Shown here piece by piece: positions 29,148-40,345 of a stretch of DNA of 64,000 bases. A program made the position numbers and the translations under genes. Numbering within the stretch: the stretch's first letter is position 1; every line of letters starts with the position of its first letter. The notes below the pieces were generated by a model. The model did not search any database. It had not been told where the DNA came from and saw only the letters and a list, made by a program, of their open reading frames with translations. Origin of the DNA: an uncultured Spirochaetota bacterium (GTDB taxonomy: Bacteria > Spirochaetota > Brevinematia > Brevinematales > JAOACQ01); the NCBI GenBank assembly GCA_963768055.1, contig CAVYGN010000001.1, positions 1,632,001 through 1,696,000 of the forward strand. Reading direction: 5' to 3'.

Positions 29148-31783
29148 TGGACAGCATTCAAATGACCCCTATGGTCAGACAATATAACGATATTAAATCA
29201 CGCCACCGAGATAAGATCCTCCTGTTCCGGGTCGGTGATTTTTATGAGATGTTCTTCGACGACGCCAAAGAAGCGGCGAGGGTTCTCAATATAGCCCTTA
29301 CCTCGCGCAACGATATGCCCATGGCCGGTTTTCCCCACCATGCGTCATCTCAGTATATTCAAAGACTCATCGCTGCCGGGAAAAAGGTGGCTATTTGCGA
29401 ACAGCTCGAGGACCCGTCAAAGGCAAAGGGGCTTGTTAAACGGGATATCGTCAGCATAGTCACTCCGGGGACCCTTATCGACGAAAATTATCTGGGGAAA
29501 AAACAGAACAACTTCCTGCTCTCTTTATACAGCGAAGACGGAAATATCGGCCTTACATTTTTTGACGTCTCGACGGGAGACCTTTACTCGCTTTCAAAAA
29601 ACGGCGGGAAATCGCCATCGGACACCTTGCGTATCCTTCAGGATGAGATCGAGAAATTTTCTCCCTCGGAAATCATATTTAACGGAAAATTAAAAGCCGA
29701 GCATGGGCTTTTTCACGAACTTGAAGGGACGGGGGTCCTCCATGAGGCTTTCCCCGAATGGTATTTCGGTAACTTTTTAGATTCAGACAGGTTTCTTGTT
29801 CTCCCTGACGGGGCGGCCGGCGATCCCCTGATAAAAAAAAGCATCCTGGGCGCTTTCCACTACATTTCCGAAACCAGGGGGGAAAACCCGGAAAGCGATA
29901 ACACCGTCCTTTTTAAAAATCTCCAGGTATCGCTTGACTCTATCCATATAATCAGCGGTAAAAATACCGTCGAGCTCGATGATTTTACCATAAGAAACCT
30001 TGAACTTGTTAAAAATATGCAGGACGGCGGGAAAAAATATACCCTTCTCGATATTCTCGACAGTACCATGACCCCTATGGGAGGAAGACTGCTCAGGCAA
30101 TGGATTTTAATGCCCCTGTACGACTCGAAGGAAATTTATGAAAGACAGAACTGCATTGAGGCATTTTTTGACAATGGAATGCTCGTATCGGAAATAAGGG
30201 CGGTCCTTGAAAAAATAAGCGATATAGAAAGGCTTTCATCCAGGATAGCCCTTAGAAGGGTAATCCCGAAGGAGTTGATTTCACTGTCATTTTCTTTGAA
30301 GCAATCCTTGATCATAAAGTCACGGCTCACCAGGGAGGCCGATCTGAAGCATCTTGGAGAACGGCTTGACGATCTAAGCAAAATATGCACGCTTATCGAC
30401 TCGTCAATAATTGAAGAACCGTCATCGACTTTCGGCGGCGATGTAATTAAGGCCGGGTTTAATGAAGAACTCGATTCAATCCGCGCAGTAATGCGCGAGG
30501 GAAGGGATTTCATACTTAAGCTCCAGGAAAGCGAGAGAATAAAAACCGGTATATCTTCGCTGAAGATCAAATACAACAACATCTTCGGTTACTTCATAGA
30601 GATAAGCAAGGCAAATACGGACAGCGTGCCCGGGCATTACATCAGGAAACAAAGCCTCGTAAACGCAGAGCGCTATACAATCCCCGAACTTTCCGAACAC
30701 GAAGCGAAAATAAACAGCGCATCGGAAAAAGTCATGAAACTTGAAGAGGAAATTTTCAACCTCGTAGTGGAAGAAATTTCTGAAAACTCAAGGCTCCTTC
30801 AGAAATTAGCGCATACGGTCGCCATCATTGACGTTTACTCGAATTTCGCGCTCATAGCAAGGGAAAACGATTATACCAAGCCCCTGATAAACGACGGCGC
30901 CGAATTCTACATAAAGGACGGAAGGCATCCTGTTGTCGAAAAGTACCTGGGCAGAAATCTTTTCGTTCCCAACGATACCCTGCTTGACGACGAAGATAAC
31001 AGGATAATTATTCTGACCGGCCCGAACATGGCGGGAAAATCCACCTATTTGCGTCAAAACGCATTGATCGCCCTTATGGCCCAGGTCGGCAGCTATGTTC
31101 CGGCAAGGGAAGCGCGGATCGGGATGGTAGACAGGATATTCACGAGGATCGGGGCTTCCGACAACCTTGCCCTCGGCAGGTCCACATTCCTGGTGGAAAT
31201 GCAGGAAGCGGCAAACATCATTCACGGATCGAGTTCTAAAAGCCTTATAATAATGGATGAACTGGGGCGCGGTACATCGACATACGATGGGCTTTCGATA
31301 GCCTGGTCGGTTATAGAATACCTTCATGACCATAACACGAATACGGGCAGGACCCTGTTTGCGACTCATTATCATGAGCTCACCAGGCTGGGCGGGAAAA
31401 AGGGGATCAGGAATTACAATATAGCCGTAAGGGAATACGGCGACGAACTTATATTTCTACGGAGGGTTATCGAAGGCCCTTCCGACAGAAGCTACGGCAT
31501 TTACGTGGCAAGGCTTGCAGGGATCCCCCTTGAAATAATCGATAGGGCTAAGATCATACTCGAAACGCTTGAGGCCGAAGGCGACAAGGCCGGAGAGAGA
31601 ATAGAAACTATATTCGACAAAAAATACAGGAAGCCCTGCGAGAGAAAATCGTCTTCGGAAATCGGGCTTTTTGCAGACCCCTCGTATAAGAATGTAATCG
31701 ATAAAATTCAGAACATCGATATAAACAGAATAACACCCCTGGAAGCTATAGCTTTTCTCGCTGAAATAAAAAAACTGGTTTGA
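29147..31783 (+). CDS. mutS: DNA mismatch repair protein MutS
   Basis: GDFYEMF, TGPNMAGKSTYLRQ, STFLVEM, DELGRGTST, FATHYHEL. Confidence 0.98.
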   Translation: MDSIQMTPMVRQYNDIKSRHRDKILLFRVGDFYEMFFDDAKEAARVLNIALTSRNDMPMAGFPHHASSQYIQRLIAAGKKVAICEQLEDPSKAKGLVKRDIVSIVTPGTLIDENYLGKKQNNFLLSLYSEDGNIGLTFFDVSTGDLYSLSKNGGKSPSDTLRILQDEIEKFSPSEIIFNGKLKAEHGLFHELEGTGVLHEAFPEWYFGNFLDSDRFLVLPDGAAGDPLIKKSILGAFHYISETRGENPESDNTVLFKNLQVSLDSIHIISGKNTVELDDFTIRNLELVKNMQDGGKKYTLLDILDSTMTPMGGRLLRQWILMPLYDSKEIYERQNCIEAFFDNGMLVSEIRAVLEKISDIERLSSRIALRRVIPKELISLSFSLKQSLIIKSRLTREADLKHLGERLDDLSKICTLIDSSIIEEPSSTFGGDVIKAGFNEELDSIRAVMREGRDFILKLQESERIKTGISSLKIKYNNIFGYFIEISKANTDSVPGHYIRKQSLVNAERYTIPELSEHEAKINSASEKVMKLEEEIFNLVVEEISENSRLLQKLAHTVAIIDVYSNFALIARENDYTKPLINDGAEFYIKDGRHPVVEKYLGRNLFVPNDTLLDDEDNRIIILTGPNMAGKSTYLRQNALIALMAQVGSYVPAREARIGMVDRIFTRIGASDNLALGRSTFLVEMQEAANIIHGSSSKSLIIMDELGRGTSTYDGLSIAWSVIEYLHDHNTNTGRTLFATHYHELTRLGGKKGIRNYNIAVREYGDELIFLRRVIEGPSDRSYGIYVARLAGIPLEIIDRAKIILETLEAEGDKAGERIETIFDKKYRKPCERKSSSEIGLFADPSYKNVIDKIQNIDINRITPLEAIAFLAEIKKLV

Positions 31784-31811
31784 TAATATTTAATGCCGAT
31801 CGGAGGATAAA

Positions 31812-33032
31812 ATGCGGAATGCATTACTGGTATTGCCTTTGTTAATATTGCTTTTTACAGGATCATGCTCTTTAACTCCCGGCAACGGAAACAACAGCGG
31901 CGGCGGCGGAACCTCAAGTTCCCAGGGCAGCGGGCTGGCAATGACGCCGCAAATGGGGTGGAACAGCTGGAATGTTTTCGGGGGCAATATAAATGAAGTA
32001 AATATCAAGCAGATAGCCGATACGATAGCCGCCGACGGATTGAAAAGGGCAGGTTATACTTATGTCAATCTTGACGATAACTGGATGGCATCGAGCCGGG
32101 ACGCTAACGGCAATCTGCAGGCCGATCCCACCCGCTTTCCTGACGGCATAACGGCTTTAGCCACTTATGTCCATAATGACGGCCTTAAATTCGGTATTTA
32201 CGGAGATCATGGGTTCACCACATGCATGGGTGTCCCTCAAAGCGGAGGATACGGCAATTATCAGCGGGATGCAAATACATACGCATCCTGGGGAGTAGAT
32301 TACCTTAAATATGACAATTGTAACCTGCCGGCCGGCGACAACCTATCAAATGATTATACGCAGATGGCGCAAGCCCTTATAAATAGCGGGCGTCCGATTC
32401 TCTTCAGCATTTGCGCCTGGGCCTTTTACCCATGGGAGCCTGCTATCGGTAATTCATGGAGGACCACAGGAGATATCAATGACAGCTGGAGTTCGGTTTT
32501 AAATAATATTTACGGAAATGCGGAGCTTTCTTCCTATGCAAAACCGGGACATTGGAATGATCCGGATATGTTAGAAGTTGGGAACGGCGGACTGAGCGAT
32601 GACGAATCCTGGTCGCATTTCGCAATGTGGTGTATAATGGCCGCTCCCCTGATTATTGGAAATGATGTAAGAAGCATGACAACTAACACCCTCGGGATCC
32701 TCACCAACACACTGGCGATCTCTATTGACCAGGATCCGGCCGGTATTCAAGGAACTGTTGTCGATGGAAATTTCCAAATCTGGGTAAAACCGCTCGGAAG
32801 TTCAAACGGCAATATGAAGGCTGTCGCATTATTGAATACTGGAAGTGCTCCCGCCGATATTACAGTCTTATGGAATCAGATCGGTTTAAGCTCATCAGGG
32901 GCTTTGGTTGTAGATTGCAGGTCGGGCGCTGTTCTTGGAACTTTCAGCACAGGTTATACCGGCAATAACATCCCCTCGCATGGTACCCTGCTTCTTATAG
33001 TGACCGCCACTTCATCGGGCAGCGGTTTTTAA
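31812..33032 (+). CDS. GH27 alpha-galactosidase, probable lipoprotein
   Basis: TPQMGWNSWN, NLDDNW, WGVDYLKYDNC, WRTTGDI, WNDPDMLEVG; lipobox-like FTGSC. Confidence 0.92.
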   Translation: MRNALLVLPLLILLFTGSCSLTPGNGNNSGGGGTSSSQGSGLAMTPQMGWNSWNVFGGNINEVNIKQIADTIAADGLKRAGYTYVNLDDNWMASSRDANGNLQADPTRFPDGITALATYVHNDGLKFGIYGDHGFTTCMGVPQSGGYGNYQRDANTYASWGVDYLKYDNCNLPAGDNLSNDYTQMAQALINSGRPILFSICAWAFYPWEPAIGNSWRTTGDINDSWSSVLNNIYGNAELSSYAKPGHWNDPDMLEVGNGGLSDDESWSHFAMWCIMAAPLIIGNDVRSMTTNTLGILTNTLAISIDQDPAGIQGTVVDGNFQIWVKPLGSSNGNMKAVALLNTGSAPADITVLWNQIGLSSSGALVVDCRSGAVLGTFSTGYTGNNIPSHGTLLLIVTATSSGSGF

Positions 33033-33554
33033 CTTTCTGATACATTTATCCCATTCCGCAAGGCCCTGCGGCAAGCCTGAAAAATAACGGATGATATTAT
33101 TTTTATCGGCGAATAACAAACCGGGAGAAAGTGAAATGGCGTTTCTGTAATCCTTCGTGTTTTCAATAAATACAAGGCCCCTTTCTTTCGGTAAAAAATC
33201 CCGGTGTTCCAGCGGAATTTTTCCTGAATAGAGAACGTAAATGATAACTTTGTCAGTGAACATGCTCTTCAGCCCATCGATCCGGTTGTATAAAGTCTCG
33301 AGACAATGATGACAGGTTAGATTATCAGCCATTAAGATCAATATTTTTTCCCGTCTATCGCTCTGAAAATTGAGACCTTTATTTACATTGTTAATTGCCG
33401 TTCCGTTTAAATCCGGCAGCAGCCTGCCGATTACCGAAGGCTGCTTGATCAGGTACCTGATTCCAAAAATTCCGCCCGCAAACGCCATCGCTATCAATAC
33501 AATCAAGGAGTAAGCCGTTATCTTTTTCATATTTATATCAGTTCCAAAAAACAT
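33012..33554 (-). CDS. Membrane-anchored thioredoxin-like hypothetical protein
   Basis: N-terminal TM helix; CHHC motif. Confidence 0.5.
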   Translation of the reverse strand: MFFGTDINMKKITAYSLIVLIAMAFAGGIFGIRYLIKQPSVIGRLLPDLNGTAINNVNKGLNFQSDRREKILILMADNLTCHHCLETLYNRIDGLKSMFTDKVIIYVLYSGKIPLEHRDFLPKERGLVFIENTKDYRNAISLSPGLLFADKNNIIRYFSGLPQGLAEWDKCIRKLKTAAR

Positions 33555-33754
33555 GTAAACTCAATGATATAATTATAACAATGTTTATTTAATATGTTAA
33601 GCTTTTATACCGGCAAGCATTCAAACGTATTAAATTTAAACATAAATCTGCGTATCTGTATTAAATAAGACGAAAAACACCAGAAAATCTTGACGAAAAT
33701 GAGTTTTCCCATTATATTTTTACATTAAAATTTATGGGATAAAGGAGAGGAAAT

Positions 33755-35383
33755 ATGGCTAAAGAGTTATTATTTTCAAGCGATGCCCACCAGAAGGTAA
33801 TGGCCGGCGTAGAGAAACTGGCCGCAGCTGTGGGCGCCACATTAGGACCGCGCGGACGGAATGTAGTTATCGATAAAAAGTTCGGCGCTCCGACAATAAC
33901 GAGGGATGGCGTAACAGTAGCCAAGGAAATCGAACTTGAAGACAGGTTCGAAAATATGGGGGCCCAGCTTGTAAAGGAAGTGGCGACCAAAACTAACGAT
34001 ATAGCTGGCGACGGAACTACAACGGCGACAGTACTGGCCTACTCCATAATAAAAGAGGGTTTCAAGAACGTTACGGCCGGCAGCAATCCGACTTTGATTA
34101 AAAAAGGAATCGACAAAGCGGTTGCGAAGGTAGTCGACGAGATCAAAAAGAATTCCAAACCTGTAGCGGGAAGAGAGGAAATTCGCGACGTAGCCGCGAT
34201 TTCCGCTAATAACGATCTTGCGATCGGGGATCACATTGCGGACGCAATGGACAAGGTCGGTAAAGACGGGGTTATCACTGTCGAAGAATCGAAAGTAATG
34301 GAAACATTCATTGAAATCGTCGAGGGTATGCAGTTCGACAGGGGATATCTTTCAGCTTATATGGTTACAAACTCCGAGAATATGACAGCAGAACTGGACG
34401 ACCCTTTCATTCTTATTTACGATAAAAAAATCTCGTCACTTAAAGAAATCGTTCCCCTTCTGGAAAAGATCGCACAGAGCGGTAAACCCCTTCTTATCAT
34501 CGCGGAGGATGTGGAGGGCGAAGCCCTTGCCACTCTCATAGTGAATAAGCTCAGGGGGACTTTGAACTGTGTTGCGGTTAAGGCGCCTGCATTCGGCGAC
34601 AGAAGAAAAGCAATGCTTGAAGATATTGCTATACTCACAAAAGCGCAGGTTATATCCGAGGAAAAAGGCATGAAACTTGAGAATACGACCTTGAATGACC
34701 TCGGGCATGCAAAAAAGATAAAAGTCGACAAGGACAATACAATATTGGTTGACGGCGCCGGTTCAAAAGAAGCCATCCAGGCCCGCGTAAAGCAGATCAA
34801 GAAGCAGATGGAGGATACGACCTCCGACTATGACAAGGAAAAGCTCCAGGAAAGGCTTGCAAAGATTTCGGGTGGGGTTGCGGTTATAAAGGTCGGCGCG
34901 GCGACCGAGGTCGAACTTAAAGAAAGGAAAGCCAGAGTCGAAGACGCCCTTTCCGCGACTAAAGCCGCAATAGAAGAAGGCATTGTTCCCGGAGGCGGCC
35001 TGTCTCTATTAAAATGTCAGAAATCCCTCGATGCTATTAAATTCGAAACTCCCGAAGAGAAGGTGGGAATCGATATCATCAGGAAAGCCCTCGAATCTCC
35101 TATGAGATTGATAGCCGATAACGCCGGCATCGACGGATCGGTAATTGTCTATAAAGCCAAGGAAATGAAAGAAGGTTTCGGTTATAACGCGCTGACGGAC
35201 GATTGGGTCGACATGATCAAGGCCGGTATTATAGATCCTGCCAAGGTCGAAAGGTCCGCCCTTCAGAATGCGGCGAGCATCGCCGGCCTTCTGCTGATCA
35301 CCGAAGTGCTTATCACCGACAAGCCTGAAAAAGAAAAGATGCCTCAGATGCCTGCCGGCGGCGGTATGGGCGATATGTATTAA
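33755..35383 (+). CDS. groEL: Chaperonin GroEL
   Basis: [28 protein letters not shown] tail. Confidence 0.99.
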   Translation: MAKELLFSSDAHQKVMAGVEKLAAAVGATLGPRGRNVVIDKKFGAPTITRDGVTVAKEIELEDRFENMGAQLVKEVATKTNDIAGDGTTTATVLAYSIIKEGFKNVTAGSNPTLIKKGIDKAVAKVVDEIKKNSKPVAGREEIRDVAAISANNDLAIGDHIADAMDKVGKDGVITVEESKVMETFIEIVEGMQFDRGYLSAYMVTNSENMTAELDDPFILIYDKKISSLKEIVPLLEKIAQSGKPLLIIAEDVEGEALATLIVNKLRGTLNCVAVKAPAFGDRRKAMLEDIAILTKAQVISEEKGMKLENTTLNDLGHAKKIKVDKDNTILVDGAGSKEAIQARVKQIKKQMEDTTSDYDKEKLQERLAKISGGVAVIKVGAATEVELKERKARVEDALSATKAAIEEGIVPGGGLSLLKCQKSLDAIKFETPEEKVGIDIIRKALESPMRLIADNAGIDGSVIVYKAKEMKEGFGYNALTDDWVDMIKAGIIDPAKVERSALQNAASIAGLLLITEVLITDKPEKEKMPQMPAGGGMGDMY

Positions 35384-35404
35384 ACTAAACCTGGAAATAA
35401 CAGT

Positions 35405-35432
35405 GGCTGCCTGAAAAGGCAGCCCTTTTTTT
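35405..35432 (+). terminator. Rho-independent terminator of groEL
   Basis: GGCTGCC-TGAAAA-GGCAGCC followed by a T-run. Confidence 0.85.
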
Positions 35433-35445
35433 AAGGAGTTTTACA

Positions 35446-36480
35446 ATGAAAGTTCTGATAATAGGCGGGACCGGCTTAATTTCTACCTCGATAGTAAATC
35501 AGCTTGTCTTGCGCGGCGACGATGTGACGGTTTACAACAGGGGAATAACCGAAAGGAGGATACCCGGATCCGTAAAAGTAATTACGGGCGACAGGTGGAA
35601 ATACGGCGAATTCGAAAATCAAATGAAAAATTACACATTCGACGCAGTAATCGACATGGTGGCCTTCGACCCTGAAAACGCCAGGTCTGTCCTGCGGGCT
35701 TTCTCAGGAAGGACGGGGCACATTGTCGTCTGCTCCACGGTCTGTGTATACGGCGGACCAATGACAAAACTGCCCGCCCGGGATGACGAGCCCCATCGAT
35801 TCGTGTCTGATTACGGAAGGAATAAATCTATGATCGAATCCATCCTTCTGGAAGCCGATGGAAAAGCGGGCATGAGAGTTACGGCGTTAAGGCCTTCACA
35901 GACTACGGGCGAAGGCGCCGTGGCAAACGGAATATTATTCGACGACAGCCTCGTCGACCGCATCAGGAAGGGCCTTCAGGTTATCGTTCATGATAACGGC
36001 CGCACCAGATGGGCGATCGCCCATGTATCCGATGTGGCAAACGGATTCGTTAATTCCCTGCAAAATCCCAGGGCTTTCGGGCATGCTTACCACCTTACAA
36101 GTTCGGAACATACTACATGGGACGGAGTTTATAACGAACTCGGCAAAGCGGCGGGCGCGATGCCGGATATCGTTCACATTCCCACCGACTGGCTTTACTC
36201 GGCCGCGCCCCGAAGGAGCGTCGGCGTAAAATATATTTATCAATACGACTCGATCTTTGACAATACAAAGGCTGAAAAAGATCTTAATTTTAAAACTACC
36301 GTTCCCCTGATGGAAACTTTCCGGAGGCAGATACACTGGATGGAGAAAACCGGGAGGGTTTTACCGGCGGAAAGCGACCGCTTCGAGGATATAATGATCG
36401 ATTCTTATAAATCGGGCGTCATGCCTCCCTCCGAGGGATGGACCGATTTTAATACCTGGGGGAATAATACTACAAACTGA
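35446..36480 (+). CDS. NAD-dependent epimerase/dehydratase family protein
   Basis: IGGTGLIS, YGRNK. Confidence 0.85.
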   Translation: MKVLIIGGTGLISTSIVNQLVLRGDDVTVYNRGITERRIPGSVKVITGDRWKYGEFENQMKNYTFDAVIDMVAFDPENARSVLRAFSGRTGHIVVCSTVCVYGGPMTKLPARDDEPHRFVSDYGRNKSMIESILLEADGKAGMRVTALRPSQTTGEGAVANGILFDDSLVDRIRKGLQVIVHDNGRTRWAIAHVSDVANGFVNSLQNPRAFGHAYHLTSSEHTTWDGVYNELGKAAGAMPDIVHIPTDWLYSAAPRRSVGVKYIYQYDSIFDNTKAEKDLNFKTTVPLMETFRRQIHWMEKTGRVLPAESDRFEDIMIDSYKSGVMPPSEGWTDFNTWGNNTTN

Positions 36481-36679
36481 GGGGGCCGAATCGATCAATA
36501 TGCATATTTGTTTATGAAGTAAAATACTCAATCCGCTGGTTCTATTGACTAAAAAATTAAAATTGCTTGTCAGAGTTTTCGTGCCGTCGCAAGATTTCTC
36601 GTCTCCCTCAATTTGATTTGTACTAATTATCATTATGTATTATAATATGACAGGTTTATAATTTAAGAGGGCCAAGCAA

Positions 36680-38353
36680 ATGATGAATTTCAAGAAATAC
36701 AAGCATTTCCAGCCTCTCGCCATGCCCGACAGGCAGTGGCCGTCGAAAACAATCGAAAGAGCCCCGGTCTGGTGCAGCGTCGATCTGCGCGACGGCAATC
36801 AGTCCCTGCCGATACCGATGAGCGTAGCTGAAAAGATGGAATTCTTCAAACTTCTGCTCGATATCGGGTTCAAGGAAATCGAAGTCGGTTTTCCTTCCGC
36901 TTCAGAAACGGAATACCGCTTCCTGCGGGAACTCGTCGACAACCGCCTTATACCCGATGATGTTACTATCCAGGTATTGACGCAGTCAAGAAAGCACCTG
37001 ATCGAAAAAACATTCGAATCACTTGCAGGTATAAATAAAGCTATCGTACACCTTTACAATTCGACATCCGAGCTCCAGAGAAGGGTTGTTTTCAACAAGG
37101 ATAAACCCGCTATCAAGGAAATAGCCCTCGAAGGGGCTAACATAATCGAGGAACTGGCCCATGTTTCGGGGATAAAAAATCTTGTACATGAATACTCACC
37201 GGAAAGCTTTACAGGGACGGAGCCCGATTACGCGATCGAGGTATGCGAAGCTGTAATGGAAGTCTGGCATGCAACCCCCTCGAAAAAGATAATCCTCAAT
37301 CTGCCCGCCACGGTGGAAATGGCGATGCCTAATATCTACGCGGACCAGATCGAATATTTCAATACTCATATAAGGAACAGGAACTCATGCATGATAAGCC
37401 TGCACACCCATAACGACAGGGGCACCAGCGTCGCCGCGACTGAAATGGGCCTGCTTGCCGGCGCGGAAAGGGTCGAGGGAACGCTTTTCGGCAACGGGGA
37501 AAGGACCGGCAACTCGGATATTCTGACCATAGCCCTCAATCTTTTCTCGCAGGGGATAGATCCCGAACTGGATTTCAGCAATATCAATAACGTTATTAAT
37601 TCTTATGAAAAATGCACCCGCATGACCGTCCATCCGAGGCACCCTTATGCAGGCGAGCTTGTTTATACGGCATTTTCAGGTTCTCACCAGGACGCCATCA
37701 GGAAGGGCCTCAGCATTTATGAGCTTAATAAGCCGGAATTCTGGGAAGTTCCCTATCTTCCAATAGACCCTTCGGATGTGGGGCGCGAATACGAGGCGAT
37801 CATCAGAATAAACAGCCAATCCGGGAAGGGAGGAGTGGCTTTTATAATGGAGCATAATTTCGGTTATAAACTCCCGAAGGACATGCATCCCGAATTAGCG
37901 GGAGCTGTACAGAAGGAAACCGACCTTACCGGCAAAGAGCTTGCCCCCGAACGTATTCTCGAAATTTTCAAGAAAGAGTACCTCGAAAACGATAAGCCTT
38001 TAAAGCTGCTTAAGTATAAAATAGAAGAAAACCAGTACCTTACACAGAAGGAGAACCTTGTTCACCTCCAGGCGGCAGTTCTATTGAATGGAGCCGAGAA
38101 AGAGATCGTCGGAGAGGGGAACGGGCCGATCGACGCATTTTTTCATGCAATGAAAGGCATAGATGTCCCTGATTACAAATTTGTCTCATATGATGAACAC
38201 GCGCTGAGCGAGGGATCGGATTCGAAGGCAGTCTCTTATATCTGCCTTGAGAATAGGGCGGGCGACAGGATGTACGGCGTAGGAATTGCCCAGAATATCA
38301 CTACCGCTTCGCTTAATGCTATCGTCAGCGCTATAAACAGGCTCGGGATTTAA
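36680..38353 (+). CDS. leuA: 2-isopropylmalate synthase (yeast/actinobacterial type)
   Basis: WCSVDLRDGNQ, HTHNDRG, GNGERTGN, IRINSQSGKGG, GNGPIDA. Confidence 0.95.
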   Translation: MMNFKKYKHFQPLAMPDRQWPSKTIERAPVWCSVDLRDGNQSLPIPMSVAEKMEFFKLLLDIGFKEIEVGFPSASETEYRFLRELVDNRLIPDDVTIQVLTQSRKHLIEKTFESLAGINKAIVHLYNSTSELQRRVVFNKDKPAIKEIALEGANIIEELAHVSGIKNLVHEYSPESFTGTEPDYAIEVCEAVMEVWHATPSKKIILNLPATVEMAMPNIYADQIEYFNTHIRNRNSCMISLHTHNDRGTSVAATEMGLLAGAERVEGTLFGNGERTGNSDILTIALNLFSQGIDPELDFSNINNVINSYEKCTRMTVHPRHPYAGELVYTAFSGSHQDAIRKGLSIYELNKPEFWEVPYLPIDPSDVGREYEAIIRINSQSGKGGVAFIMEHNFGYKLPKDMHPELAGAVQKETDLTGKELAPERILEIFKKEYLENDKPLKLLKYKIEENQYLTQKENLVHLQAAVLLNGAEKEIVGEGNGPIDAFFHAMKGIDVPDYKFVSYDEHALSEGSDSKAVSYICLENRAGDRMYGVGIAQNITTASLNAIVSAINRLGI

Positions 38354-39114
38354 GAAAATAATCCGCGGATGAATTCCCCTACAGCCCCTATTCCCTTTTC
38401 ATCGGCGATCCTTATTGTCTGTGTTCCAATTATAGCTATATCGACTTTACCTTTTAAGAAATCTATATCGTTTCTATCCTTTATACCGAACCCGATCGCG
38501 ATCGGAAGGGTTGTGGCCTTCCTGCACCTTTCAAGGTATTGATCTATCTCCGAATTGAAATCAGTCGATCGACCTGTCACACCCTTTCTCGAAACACAGT
38601 ATATGAATCCCGAGGCAAAGCCTGAAATGTACTTCATCCTTTCAAGCCCTGAAACCGGCGAATAGATAAAAATCGGGGAAAGCCCCTTCTCTTTCATGGC
38701 TTCGAGATAGAGCGACCCTTCCTCAGGCGGCAGATCCGGCACTATCGAACCCTTAATACCCCTTTGGGCCATTTCATTGACAAATTTTTCAACCCCGAAG
38801 CGGAAAAGAATATTATAATAGCTCATAAAGAGAAAAGAAATTGGAAAATCCGCCGCGACCTTTTCCGCGAAATCAAGGCATTTTGCCACTGTGATCCCGC
38901 CCTCCAGTGCGGCATGGTTTGCCTTCAGTATGACCGGTCCGTCGGCAATAGGTTCGGAAAAGGGAATCTGTAGTTCAATAAGTTCCGCTCCCGCCTCGAC
39001 CATCGATTCAACCATTTTATAAGAAGCATCGAGTGTCGGGTAACCGATGACTATATGAGTCATCAGAAGTATATTCCTGGAATTTCTTTTATCTTTTATA
39101 TATTCCTCAAGCAT
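38350..39114 (-). CDS. trpA: Tryptophan synthase alpha chain
   Basis: ELQIPFSEPIADGPVI, PDLPPEE, SRKGVTG, IGFGI. Confidence 0.95.
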   Translation of the reverse strand: MLEEYIKDKRNSRNILLMTHIVIGYPTLDASYKMVESMVEAGAELIELQIPFSEPIADGPVILKANHAALEGGITVAKCLDFAEKVAADFPISFLFMSYYNILFRFGVEKFVNEMAQRGIKGSIVPDLPPEEGSLYLEAMKEKGLSPIFIYSPVSGLERMKYISGFASGFIYCVSRKGVTGRSTDFNSEIDQYLERCRKATTLPIAIGFGIKDRNDIDFLKGKVDIAIIGTQTIRIADEKGIGAVGEFIRGLFS

Positions 39115-40345
39115 TGCCGCCTCCCCTGTAGTTATCCGCTTTTTTAATAATAAAATCCTTCCATTTAGGATCATTCAGCGCATCAGCCACTGTAAATATG
39201 TCTTTATCCCCCCTGCCGGACTGATTTATGATTATACAGTCTTTTTTAGAAAACGCCGGGGCTTCCTTGAAAGCCTGGGCGAAGGCATGGGAACTTTCGA
39301 GAGCCGGGATTATGCCCTCTTTTTTCACGGTCAGAGACAAAGCATCCAGTGTTTCCCTGTCGGTCGCGGCTTCAAACCTTACCCTGCCGCTCTCTTTGAA
39401 ATCGGAAAGTATGGGGGAAACCCCGACATAATCGAGGCCGGCTGCCACGCTGTGGGTTTCAAGCATCTGCCCGTCGCTGTCCTCTAAAAAATATGTCTTA
39501 TAACCCTGGGCGACCCCTATGCTCGAGTCTTTGGAAGCAAGCCGCGCGGCATGCCTTTTAGTGTCTAGGCCCTCCCCGCCCGCCTCCACTCCGACCAGCT
39601 CGACATTATCGTTTAAAAAAGCGGAAAATATCCCGAGGGCGTTCGAACCGCCGCCGACGCATGCGTATATCCTCGCCGGAAGCCGGTTTTCCCTTTTCAG
39701 GACCTGAATCCTGGCCTCTTTGCCTATGATCGACTGGAAATATGAAACCATCGCAGGAAATGGGTGGGGGCCGCAAGCGGTTCCCAGAACGTAATGAGTA
39801 GAATCCATATTCGTAACCCAGTCCCTTAGCGCCTCGTTTATAGCGTCCTTTAAAGTCCTCGAACCGACCGTGACGGGGACTACCTCGGCTCCGAGCCTCT
39901 CCATCCAGAACACATTTGGCCTCTGGCGCATGACATCGATCTCTCCCATATAAATTGTGCAGTCGAAGCCGAATTTTGCGGCCATCGTAGCAGTCGCGAC
40001 CCCATGCTGCCCCGCGCCGGTTTCGGCTATTACACGTTTTTTTCCCATCTTTTTTACGAGAAGGCCCTGTCCCATGACATTGTTTGCCTTATGCGCACCG
40101 GTGTGGTTCAGGTCTTCCCTTTTTATATATATCCTCGCGCCGCCGAAATATTCTGTCAGGTTTCCGGCATAAGTAAGGGGCGTCGGCCTGCAGGAATATT
40201 CAGACATAATATCCTCGTATTCCTTCCAGAATGAGCTGTCAGCTCTGGCTTTTTCAAAAATATCCGTCAGGTCCCTGATTGTCGGGATAAGGATTTCCGG
40301 CATGAAGGCCCCGCCGAACTGTCCGTAATAGCCATTTTTATTCAT
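39107..40345 (-). CDS. trpB: Tryptophan synthase beta chain
   Basis: KREDLNHTGAHK, AETGAGQHGVA, CVGGGSNA, SGRGDKD. Confidence 0.97.
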   Translation of the reverse strand: MNKNGYYGQFGGAFMPEILIPTIRDLTDIFEKARADSSFWKEYEDIMSEYSCRPTPLTYAGNLTEYFGGARIYIKREDLNHTGAHKANNVMGQGLLVKKMGKKRVIAETGAGQHGVATATMAAKFGFDCTIYMGEIDVMRQRPNVFWMERLGAEVVPVTVGSRTLKDAINEALRDWVTNMDSTHYVLGTACGPHPFPAMVSYFQSIIGKEARIQVLKRENRLPARIYACVGGGSNALGIFSAFLNDNVELVGVEAGGEGLDTKRHAARLASKDSSIGVAQGYKTYFLEDSDGQMLETHSVAAGLDYVGVSPILSDFKESGRVRFEAATDRETLDALSLTVKKEGIIPALESSHAFAQAFKEAPAFSKKDCIIINQSGRGDKDIFTVADALNDPKWKDFIIKKADNYRGGGNA